Shown in pieces: positions 10,701 to 20,000 of a stretch of 20,000 nucleotides of DNA. The notes beneath the pieces are model-generated. The model had not been told where the DNA came from and did no database searches. It saw only the letters and a list, made by a program, of their open reading frames with translations. This DNA comes from Catajapyx aquilonaris (Eukaryota), in contig JYFJ02001448.1 of assembly GCA_000934665.2 (NCBI GenBank), positions 60,058 through 80,057 on the forward strand, read 5' to 3'. Within the stretch, counting starts at the first letter, position 1. Each line of letters begins with the position of its first letter. Both the position numbers and the translations under genes were made by a program.

Positions 10701-11305
10701 CATTTCAACATTCTATGCCAGGCCAAGTCAGGCAGTAAGCATTCTCTCCACAATCTTGCTGCGTCAAAATTTGTTGGCGTTGTGCAAAGCACAAGCAAGG
10801 GTTTCAAGCGTGGTAATGATTTCCCAGCAGGTTAGGCATCACACAATCCGCAGCTTTAAAAATGGAAGGTCGCTCATGCAAGTTTGAGGTGCAGGCTCTG
10901 ATGACGTATGGATATGTCACAGTTCCAGCACCTGGGGCCTGGGAAGACAGGACTGACGAGAATCGCTCAATTGTCACTGATAACACCGCACCCGCCGCAT
11001 AATATATTTTCAAACGAGTCAGAAAGAGACTTTTCCACAGGTCATATCAGTCTGAACTAGAGTAATTCTGGTTTCATAATAAGTAAGTGTCGTGTGCGAC
11101 ATGACTCACGAGAGCAGTGTCTGGGCTCGTCTGATGCATCGCCGCAGTGATCCACGCCATCGCAGAACCGGTCCCAGGACAGGCAGCGGTTGTTGTTGCA
11201 GAGGAACTCGGAGCGCTTGCAGCCGGAAGCTTCAACCTGTGCCCAGGGCAGGGTCCGGGGCAGGGCCAGCACCACAGCCAGCAGCCAGTGGCCCCAACCG
11301 ACCAT
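4193..11305 (-). CDS. Spliced gene, 10 coding exons, 1091 aa type I transmembrane LDLa + multi-CUB domain protein (arthropod CUB/LDLa receptor-like family). join complement(11110-11305, 8257-8393, 7973-8176, 7744-7895, 6890-7214, 6353-6775, 5924-6293, 5243-5869, 4885-5157, 4193-4761)
   Basis: All nine introns are GT-AG with matching phases (1,0,0,2,0,0,1,1,1). Exon lengths sum to 3276 nt, one open frame from ATG 11305 to TGA 4193-4195. The translation gives signal peptide, LDLa, CUB motifs (LQSPNFPGLYPRNTTCYY; DHVTIYDG...RFCG...EILVEF), a second LDLa-like repeat and a hydrophobic TM helix. Confidence 0.9.
4885..5157 (-). CDS. Coding exon 9: end of CUB-like domain 5
   Basis: ttttag|(G)STSRSCPTRNRVAVYSGG...VFCP...VEVFSLGW...AVIVDFVAKEPGAYTIRWLELAR, then G|gtaagt. 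273 nt. Confidence 0.88.
5243..5869 (-). CDS. Coding exon 8: CUB-like domain 4 and start of domain 5
   Basis: ttgcag|(N)VSCFRLYRS...GNFQSPTNVFLFGRGGRVNLTCVFRFEA...VEGAYEF...CESQPWLV...PG, then G|gtacgg. This is the only nearby phase-1 donor compatible with the next exon. 627 nt. Confidence 0.85.
5924..6293 (-). CDS. Coding exon 7: CUB-like domain 3
   Basis: tttcag|VIWLAPLKF...CAAQVEVWDG...KICRD...ESFISSGSDMVITL...FRFLYEFVE...PQK, then A|gtacgt. 370 nt. Confidence 0.85.
6353..6775 (-). CDS. Coding exon 6: C-terminal half of CUB2, Ser/Thr/Pro linker, start of CUB3
   Basis: attcag|VRDPVLLRFCGSGVIPPVTSSRNEILVEFVSS...GFQLDVEV...CEFLVSS...LPKNASCRYTLRGLPQQ|gtgaga. 423 nt, phase 0/0. Confidence 0.9.
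6890..7214 (-). CDS. Coding exon 5: N-terminal half of CUB domain 2 with Ser/Thr/Ala-rich insert
   Basis: ttgcag|(R)WCRLQSPNFPGLYPRNTTCYYAIRQ...KCPDGKDHVTIYDGYT|gtatgt. 325 nt. Confidence 0.92.
7744..7895 (-). CDS. Coding exon 4: end of CUB1 and linker
   Basis: caacag|TGYNFEYRLAYKFL...RGTLLPGTYCSLIFDNCRH, then AG|gtgtgt. 152 nt, phase 2 out. Confidence 0.88.
7973..8176 (-). CDS. Coding exon 3: CUB-like domain 1 core
   Basis: VTFEGFAVG...SCPDGYVHIAE...GIWCGS...VYFSEGNGVTLTL. Acceptor atgcag|, donor CAG|gtcagc, 204 nt. Confidence 0.9.
8257..8393 (-). CDS. Coding exon 2: start of CUB-like domain 1 (not in the ORF track)
   Basis: gtgcag|GT TGC AAC... reads (R)CNRTYYGETERTYLLELHRPRDDRLPFVCRITFQAAGNEFGDIVQ, then |gtactt. 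137 nt, phase 1 in and phase 0 out. Confidence 0.88.
11110..11305 (-). CDS. Coding exon 1: signal peptide + LDLa repeat
   Basis: MVGWGHWLLAVVLALPRTLPWAQVEA followed by CKRSEFLCNNNRCLSWDRFCDGVDHCGDASDEPRHC (6 Cys, DxSDE). Donor C|gtgagt at 11109. An upstream acceptor ttgcag| at 11322-11323 leaves 16 nt before the ATG, so a 5' exon probably lies further upstream. Confidence 0.92.
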
Positions 11306-14300
11306 TGCCGACCCCCGACACCTGCAAATGCGTCAAATATAATTGGGTCATTCATTCGCTGTCCTAGTTACGCGACTCCTGAAATGTTTGCTTAGAAATG
11401 GGACCAGGGGTTATTAATGGGCCTTCAACTGTGACTGGCAGGGTTCTTCGTCACCTTGGATGCACAAGAGTTTCTCATTTGCGTGGAAGGTGGGGGGAAA
11501 TGTGAAAATTGCTTTTAGACACCTGTTACATACGATATTCTCTCTGTAAAAAATCTCATGCCTATCTCTGACGTTATCGGGCGTATGTCAATAGACAGCG
11601 CAGCGTATAAAATATTTACAGGTTGGCATTTATAGCCCAGGCTTCTCTAAAATGAAAAGGGGAGAATTTAAACTATTCAGCTATGTCAAACCTGCCTGTG
11701 GGTCGACAGTGTGCGAAATAAATAATTCAGCCGATCGGATAGCAGCACAGGTTGAATTCCCGCACCGGTGACTCATAACCTCCTTACCAAATTCGCGGGT
11801 ATTTTCGACCCAAACTCTCACCAACAGCGTTTAGGGTTGCCCTTGGCATATGTTTAGAAGCCATCCTCACAGAATCCTCAATGAACATTGACCGAGCCCA
11901 GCGTTTATGTATAATGACGTCAAAGAGTTTCTCACCTTATGCATATCTGAAAAGTTGCCTAAGCACGGCCTTGGACCCCTGGCGTAATAAATTTAATAAA
12001 GCTCCGGATCGTGCAAGAAGATTACGTCAGTACGTTATTAACCGCCATCCTCCCCTTTTCATACAGTAGCACAAAGACTGTGCGCACCACCAGAGCTGAT
12101 TAGTTTCAGCATGCTATCAAATAGTTTTGAATCCATTCTCATCCTTGAGAGTGGCGATAGAAGAGAAACTGAAGTGGAATGTTGCCTATACAGTTTCGTG
12201 AGTGCCGGTAGAGTGTCATGAGCGTAGAGTTCCGTGTCCGCAAATCTGTCTGTCGGCTATTTCCGCAAGAGAAACCGCGTGAAAGCAAACACGCAGCAGG
12301 CAGCCATGGCAAGGGCGTTGGGGGTGGCCTTCATTGCCTTCTATATAATACTCGATATAGCACAGTGTGTACCCGACCTGGTGGAAACAAAACTGGCCGC
12401 ATAATCCGAGCTTCTGTAACAGTGGAGTGGGAGGGAGAATGGGCCGATTTATGAAGAGGCTGATAGTTAGTGGAGGAGTCGGGTTGATAAGGTTAACGAG
12501 GGTCTGTGGAGGTATAAAGACCATCCAGGCCACACCCTATTCAAAGGCGAGCTTTTGGGGAGGACCACGCCAGCCAGATCCCGCAAAACCGATTAGCCAA
12601 TAGCAGTCAGCAACGATTCCTTTCATGCCCTTTGACCGTCCGCGGGTGTATATACAGGCTCATCTCACTAGGCTAATGGAAACCTATTGCGCGACGTGTT
12701 CTGCAAAGCTAGCTTTTAAGGCAGCGGGGCGCCCGGAATTCAGTCATGTTGATCCGGAGCAGAATTTCATTTCATTAGATAAATTTCTGCCCGGACGACT
12801 ACGGTTTCCCACTATCCGGAATCTACTGTACCGCACTGTCTGCGGTAAGAGATTACTGCTTCGTTAGAACAAACCTGGATGTGACCTGTGTGGCATGTGT
12901 CCTGTAATTATGGTGAAGGATATGAATGGAGAGGCTTGTAATGAGCACGTCACCGAGGATTTATGACTAATTGGAAGCATTTTAAGTGGCAAATAATGTT
13001 GGGAAATGAAACCAAGTAGTGGTATTACAATGCACACTGTTTTTACTCGCAACATATAGTACAAGTTTTAGGAAGAGCACATAAACTTGTGTCAAAATGA
13101 ATTTACAATGAAGCGCTCTAGAGCTAATTCAGGAATTGACAAGGTGATGACTCTTTCCCTGGTGTCTTGTTCAGGTAGAAAAGGCAGATGATCTCGATTC
13201 CTATCGTGTGAACAGCTGTGTGCTAGACGAAAAGCTCCGTGGCGCAATATTTTTTTATAGTATGATATGGACTCCTTAAAGGGTCTCTGAAGACTCGACA
13301 CGAACATTTCAAGAGAAGCAGTTCTCAAAATGTGTCCATTCTCTATACCGTCTACCCTCATTAGAAAAGTGATGTACAGTTATAGCCAGAATAATGCTTC
13401 CGGCATAAACCTAGCTTCAAAAGAGGTATCTGTCCTCTCCCTCCCCCCCCCCTCTATCCCTCATTCCCGTCTGGTTATTGGCACCGCAGCAGGAAAATAA
13501 TTAGCAGTCTGGGAGACAGATGAGCTGCCAATGACCTTGTCAGTCAGGGCCGGGAATAATTAAAAAATACGAGTTTGGAAATTAGTAACACCTGTTCCGC
13601 TATTTTGCCACTATTAAACATCAGATGGGACACGCTTTCATTCCTGCTGTAGAATTTCGCAAATGTTACTAGATCCATACGTGATCCGTTCAGATTTTAT
13701 ACTTTCATTCTTACGACAATGTACAAATTTTCTGACATATAATAAAGAATATGTCAAAAGTGGAGCGGCATGATGCAGTAAGTTTTTTGAATGCATGAAT
13801 GCTACACCAGAAAGAGAACCTGATCCAGGAGGTACCTCCTGTAGATTTCAGAGGATCTGGTTGCACAATGTGACACTGGAAGGAAATTGTAGAGCGACGT
13901 TCTCAGGGGGAGTAAAAATCCTCCCAGGACTTTTTCAGAGCTCTGCCTATATATACTGTCGGTCGATTGTATAGTATGCTCCGTCGCATATTTTTGTTCC
14001 TCTTGAGAATACGTCCTCAGAGATCCAACCATACATGCCTGATAGAAAGTTTCTATAGTATTGTTGAGGCATCTGCCAGTTTTGGTTAAGTCCTAACAGT
14101 ATTGTTGTAGTACAGAATAACTAACATAACATAATTCAGCAATGCACAATAGGTCCCACATTGTCAGTTTGAATTCCCTAGCTGTAGGTATGCCACACAC
14201 CATTTCAATTGCCTTCTCTTCATACCCCACGCTCACTTGCATTGCATCATATGTCAGCAAAGGAATCCAGACTCCACGATAAAATGAGACACAACTGTAG

Positions 14301-17264
14301 CCGTGGTGAGCACAGTAGGTTGAGAGGTTAGCAACAATGAAATAAAGGCTCTCCACGGGGAAGCGGCGGGTACGTTGATGGAATTTATTCACTCCGGTCC
14401 TCACCAGAGTAAAGTCGGTCAAAGGCCCGGGCTATAGAGATTGTATATAATAGGGTAGGCGACTGGGGGAGGAGAAGGTGGGGAGGAAGAGGAGGCAAGA
14501 TCAAAGGGATAGAGTTTGGAGCTTACGTCGCTGGCGGTGTGAATGTAACCAAGCGAGCAGGCAGGCAGGCAGCAAGACAAATCGTCCAGGGTAGACGATG
14601 ACGCTTGGTTGCATCTCTACACAACTTTTGGGGAGAAGAATTTATTGGGGGGTGTGGCTCGGAGGTCGGAGGGCTTTGGGATGATGGTGGTGGGTGGGTG
14701 GTTCAAGGGGTTGGAGAGGCAGTAGGAGGGAAAGTGGGGGTGTTCGCTGCAGGGTAGCCACTCCAAAATTTTCTTGCAGCTAAGCCCTTTCCACTGCACT
14801 CAGCCGGATTCCCAGGCAAGTTGGGAAATTATTTCCTGGGCGAACAGTGCTGCTGCCTGTTGGAAACTGCCGACGCGTTGCTGGAATAATATTATTATTC
14901 TTCCTGGGTGTACGGTCGGCTTTTCACTGGAGGCTCCCCCCCTGTTGGGACAAACTCTCTACCTCTGTTAACCTCGTTACATTGCAGCAGGTCTCCCTGT
15001 GACGCATCAAAGGACCTCCCAAAAAAATTTGAGTTGTAAACCTCTGCACAATGGTGTTGGGGTCAGTGAAATGGATGAGTATTCATGCAAACAAGCGCGC
15101 TTTTCAATCCGAAAATTGCCACCGATGATTAGTTATGCGGCTCCAATTATGGAATCGATCGCCAACTATTTTTAATCAGTATTATATTCATTCCAAATTA
15201 AAATTCCATTTCAAGCCATGCACGTGAAATTCATTAGCCTGGATTGTATTGGGGTAATATGTTGATTCCCACATTTGGCAGTAAGTTAAAACATAAACTA
15301 TGAGAGAATCCCTACTCAGTATTATTTGGGTTCATCCCTGCCTCATAGTGGAATTTTTGTTCGCTTTTCATTTTGTCCATATTCACCGCATGTGTTTCCC
15401 AATAACAAGTGGTTATCACATGCATGATACCCGGCTCTTTTGATACTCGTTCATTCCGTTGGTGGCAGTCCAGTTTGTGGCCGCTGACAGTTTGTGGGCC
15501 TCTGGGGGACTGTGAGGGACATGGGGGCGGGAGATGGGTATATATAGGGATGAGGAGGGAGGATAGTTGTGGGATTTGCCAGCAAAAGAGCACGCAAAAT
15601 GGCGTAACTCAGAGCTCGTACACCCACACACGCGCATGAACACAACACATGCTCTTTGTCTGGCGCTCATTCACCCCCAAGCCAGGACTAGAACAGAAGC
15701 ATTCCTTTCGCCTTTTGTCTCATGTTGGCTGCATCGGAAATTGGATGCTGCTGGAAACTCCCTCAACCAACCCATCCTCCACCCACCCACCCAACTTCCA
15801 CCCCTCCCAGCACACCCAACCTACCATCGCTTGTTTCATTTCGGGCCTTCTGGACCGACTACGATTCGCAGTGCTAATGCTTCACTTATGAATTCACTCG
15901 GCCGTGTTGCCACATTCGACCGGCTCGCTCCCGTTAATTAATGTTGTATGAATTCCGTTACAAGTCACTCACTCGTGAACAAATCGGGACTCAATTACAA
16001 ATTTCACGTCATCCTGAAAATGTCTTTGATGCAGGGCCTCTGTTTTTGGTGGCAAAGTCAGCAGAGCCGTCACAAGCCAGAGAAATTCTATTACGAAAAT
16101 GAATTAGGCTAATCTGCTAGGCGCTGACGCGAGAATTCAGAAACAATGTCAGCCCATAATCAGATGTTGGAGAGTTGAATTTTTCAAAATGGCATATGTG
16201 ATTGTTCAAGTCCCAAGTGGTCCTACCGTTGTTGTCACAATAACAAAGGCAACAAATGTCATTTGAAAATGGTAAAATATTGCACTGTATGCATGTGCCA
16301 TTGGAGGTAGAGATACTCTGTGTGTAACTTCATAATGCTATTTAATTTGTATTTAATAAACAACAATCTAAAAATTCGATTGTTAGACGGAATATAGCAC
16401 GCCCCTTTAAACTTGGGGCCCTTGAAATGTATCACATTTTGAACAAAAAATTTCCCGTACAGTATATGTTTCGAGAGATACCCGTATTCAGTTTCAGAGC
16501 CCAGAGTGAACATGAGGCTACACAAAGTGAAGTGGGATAGATTCAAGTTGTTGAGTTGGAAACTTTCCATGACAAAAAAGGCGAAAAGAGAGTAAAACCC
16601 GCAGGAAAACCGCAGAAATGTATAGGCATTGCTGAAGTCGTCGTTTTTGGTTAGTTTGCCTCCATATAGGAAAAGGAGAAAAAAGGAAGCTTATTTTTAG
16701 CCCTCTCCGAGGTGGGATTTGCTGCCTGCCATTGATTCTTAAAGAGGTGCATTGTGGGTAAAAGGGCGCATTCGGTTCGATAAAACCGGGTTTTGTGGGG
16801 GCCAAGTGCCAAGGAGGGCAGTGAATCTTGCCCACAGGAGCCAAGTCCCGACAGGTTAATTTATTCCTCCATTCCACCCTACCCGCCCACACATCTCCTG
16901 GCTCCAGAATAATTATTTCTTGCACAAGTTTCTTGACGCAGCTTCACAGAAAACTTGCTTTTGAGGCACTTATAAACGCAGGCTTCACCCAAGAAAACTT
17001 TTCCCATCACAAGTGTCTTTTTAATTACCCTCCAATTAATGTACCATAATCTGTGTCAAGCAAGGCAAGACGATAATTAATATATCATAACTTAAATAAG
17101 TTTCAATATTCTGGTACGGAGGTGCTACCTACTCGACACAGAGTGTTCATCCTAACTGTGAAGAGCTTCCCATGTGCCTTCTCTGTTCGTCGGAAAGCCT
17201 ATATGGCAGGATGACTTTCCTTACAGGGTGTACTGTGTGTACAGTACTGTCTACTGGACGGTAC

Positions 17265-17286
17265 ATTATTATTATTATTATTATTA

Positions 17287-17344
<58 letters not shown>

Positions 17345-17346
17345 TA
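17265..17346. repeat. (ATT)n microsatellite, about 27 units with two interruptions
   Basis: Directly visible; it produces the poly-I/Y/N ORFs in the track. Confidence 0.97.
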
Positions 17347-17724
17347 CAAAATTTTGAACAGTTAAACTTACATTGCTGGTGACACAAGTAAAAGCAGACT
17401 GATTAAACTGTGTCCCCATTCTCTACCCAGGGTGAGTGAACCCTACCACAAAACGTCCCATCTGCGACTGTACCGCACCCGGGCCAAGCAGAGGGAAAGC
17501 GGAGCTGGAGTTGACGTAAACCCCCGGTTTCTGAGATAGATTGAGTGGCAGTTTGAATTCGCCAATTTTCCTAACCATTCTCGCCACTGCCTGTGGGGGC
17601 CTCTCTTGGTAGTACAGAGCACACAACTACAGTGTACTTTGCCCATCACGTGAAGCCCAAATGTGGTTTTATTGGTTCTCCAGCCCTTGGAGCTTATTTT
17701 TGCCGCCGGCTGGTTTGGATTGGA

Positions 17725-17893
17725 GGGGGACCAACGGGGGTGGGGGTATAGGGTGGGTAGGGGGAGCGAATGGTGTTGGTAGATACTACACTATGCAATC
17801 TGAGCCCTCATCCAGTGGGGATTCCATCCGAGAGCTGTGCATTGATCTGCAAGCCAGGGGAGTCGGGGGTTTGGGTGGGGGGTGATGGGAGGG
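17725..17893 (+). other. Two G-quadruplex-forming-type G-run clusters (17725-17764 and 17857-17893)
   Basis: GGGGG-accaac-GGGGG-t-GGGGG-tata-GGG-t-GGG-ta-GGGGG and GGGG-agtc-GGGGG-ttt-GGG-t-GGGGGG-tgat-GGG-a-GGG both match the G3+N1-7 pattern. Confidence 0.5.
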
Positions 17894-19746
17894 CAGGAAA
17901 AATTCTTCTGCGTGGCCAAAATGCGGGTCCTGCCAAGTGGGTTTAATTGGGCTGAATTTTTCCCGACGTTTGTATAAATCAGGATGGAAGGTTGTAAGGG
18001 GCTTTTGAGCCTCTGTCGGTGAATTTTATTGCTCGCAAGGCTCCACTAGAGTCAGCTAAAAGCCGCAAGCCGGTATACGTGACATGCATTTTTGAGGCCA
18101 CACGTATCCTGCAGTTTCCTCTGCAAAAGAACTAGGTCGCGAGATGTCACAGGCTCCATTTTTATGAAGAAAATCATCGTCGCTGATCAATGTAGGGGGA
18201 AATAATCAATTCCTGCACCGGGCCTACCCTTTAATTCGACAGTTGCCAGACTCCCCTGCGGTTTACCCCAGTGATGACTTTCAGCGTTTGGGGCAACTTG
18301 TTTGATTGCCTCCTCACGTCCCATAATTCACTCCTTGCGGCAAGTTGTTTGAGGCGAATCTGTGAGCGAGAATCTTCATGATCCTATAGTGATATATAAC
18401 CCCCAATCCGTCCATCCAGCAAGGAGGTTCATACAAACTGAAATCTTGCAAAGTTTCCTTGTTTCCAATGGGCCCTAGTGTTGGAAGATGGCTGCCGGCA
18501 GTATTATACATAGAGCGGTATAGTCCCTACGAGGCCTAATCTACTGGAACGGGGCAAGTTGCACCAACCAGTCAGGATACTAATTAGCTTAGGGCCGTTT
18601 GGCTCACGTCCCCAGAGGCTCTTTGTTCTTGCTCGGGTTCAATTGTCGCTCTCCAAGGCCTTTTGGTGGTAAAACCAAGCATCACGTGCTTTGCCATCCA
18701 GCTCCGTTTTCTCTCGCTGCAATCACCGACCATTTTGCATTACAAGTCAAGATTACCGCGCACACGGAGAAGTGACCTTATAGAATGGGAGGCTCTTGCT
18801 GCTTGGTAGCTGGTTGGTTGGCCGAAATCAAAGGACGACCGTAGCGCCACTTGCTGCGGCGAACAGCGGAAAGAAATCAATTATTAGAAAAAGGAGGCTG
18901 ACAACGGACATCATTCTATCTCCTGGGAGATACCGTTCAAGTACTCGAGCTAGCCTGCTTTTTATTGCCGGCATTTCCATTGGATTCTGTTCGGCCGTTG
19001 GCGGCAGCAGAGTGCGCTGGGACTGGGACAAGGCATAAAAACAGCGGCGGGGAGCGAGGGAGTCCCAGATGAAATTGGTTGGGAACGCGGTCCCTGCGGA
19101 GCCTAACACCTGACAGTGCAAAAATTATCCCATTATGGAAAATGCTTTTAATCCATATATACCGGTTGAATTAGGATATGGCCCACCTAGAAAAGTCACG
19201 GAATGATGAATGCGACTTTCCGCTAAGTACTGTACGGCACGAACTTTTTACGGGCTGGTGCTCCAAGCATACCAATACCATAATTGTGGCTCTCTTTATA
19301 GCAGGTGAAAACGGTTACGTACCGTACGCAATTATACTGCCGGAAATATATTGTGCAGTACGTCTAACGGAATAATTTGTTTTGCCATTATGGTAACGGT
19401 GTACACTGTAGTTGACATGAAACCTGGTTTGTAAAGCAACAGTGATACCCTGTCGCAATGCTCGGGTGATTTTCAGTATTCCGGAACTTTCACAATTTTG
19501 GTACGCTGCAAGATCAAACAGTTACACATTTTAAATGTTGCATAAAGTGCATGAAAAAAGGTAATTTCATAGAGTGGTTTAAACTCTGCATTTAATCACA
19601 GACCCACGAGTATGGAGTATTATACAGCAAGTTATGCAGCCTATTTAAAAACCCTCTCTTCTCTGTAAGCTGAAATATGTGTAATTTTGCAAAATACTAC
19701 TGTTAAATCGCTGGTAACCCCATCTTGGGAATATGCCGCGAGTGTA

Positions 19747-19764
19747 ATGAATGAATGAATGAAT
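19747..19764. repeat. Short (AATG)4 tandem repeat
   Basis: aatgaatgaatgaatgaa. Confidence 0.75.
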
Positions 19765-19902
19765 TAAAGTTTCATAAACACTTCTAATGATATTTACAGC
19801 AGTGCTCAAATTCTGACACCAGAGATAAACAATATTATTTTATCAGCAGCATGGTCAAATCAAGGTGAATATTGCTTCTCCATAATTATACCTGTACATT
19901 GT

Positions 19903-19929
19903 ACAACAACAACAACAACAACAACAACA
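19903..19929. repeat. (ACA)9 microsatellite
   Basis: acaacaacaacaacaacaacaacaaca. Confidence 0.9.
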
Positions 19930-20000
19930 TCACGACATTTCCCTATGAGGGGTAGTCAGCGATGAAGGGAGATGCAAGCTAACCCAACATATGAACTAAT

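Noticed and set aside
13826..13841. 16-bp perfect palindrome CAGGAGGTACCTCCTG (also a 14-bp GTACTGTACAGTAC near 10235)
   Set aside because: About 0.3 such 16-mers are expected by chance in 20 kb, and there is no supporting context.
17147..17419. Poly-Ile, poly-Tyr and poly-Asn ORFs
   Set aside because: Artefacts of the (ATT)n microsatellite.
1..20000. CRISPR arrays, operons, tRNA/rRNA genes, transposase or reverse transcriptase ORFs
   Set aside because: None seen. There are no regularly spaced repeats or recognisable RNA-gene or enzyme motifs, and the DNA is intron-containing eukaryotic sequence.

Overview
Eukaryotic (most likely arthropod) genomic DNA, not prokaryotic. The window holds one complete spliced gene on the minus strand, which I assembled by hand from 10 GT-AG coding exons (11305 to 4193, 3276 nt, 1091 aa, all splice phases consistent). 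It encodes a type I membrane protein: signal peptide, LDLa, about five CUB/CUB-like domains, a second LDLa-like repeat, one TM helix and a short cytoplasmic tail. The most interesting signal is at its 3' end. The stop is the leaky UGA-C context and is followed in frame by 17 coding-like codons ending in a class I PDZ ligand (...DRVTTV-stop), a candidate stop-codon readthrough switch. Also present are a 282-bp TTAA-flanked piggyBac-type MITE with asymmetric ends (93-374), a 54-nt stop-free in-frame intron, an exon whose start regenerates a strong splice donor, an unassigned coding-like island (about 680-1212), microsatellites, and about 8.7 kb of intronic/upstream non-coding DNA with G-quadruplex-like tracts. 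No database searches were possible, so family assignments are from motif recognition only.
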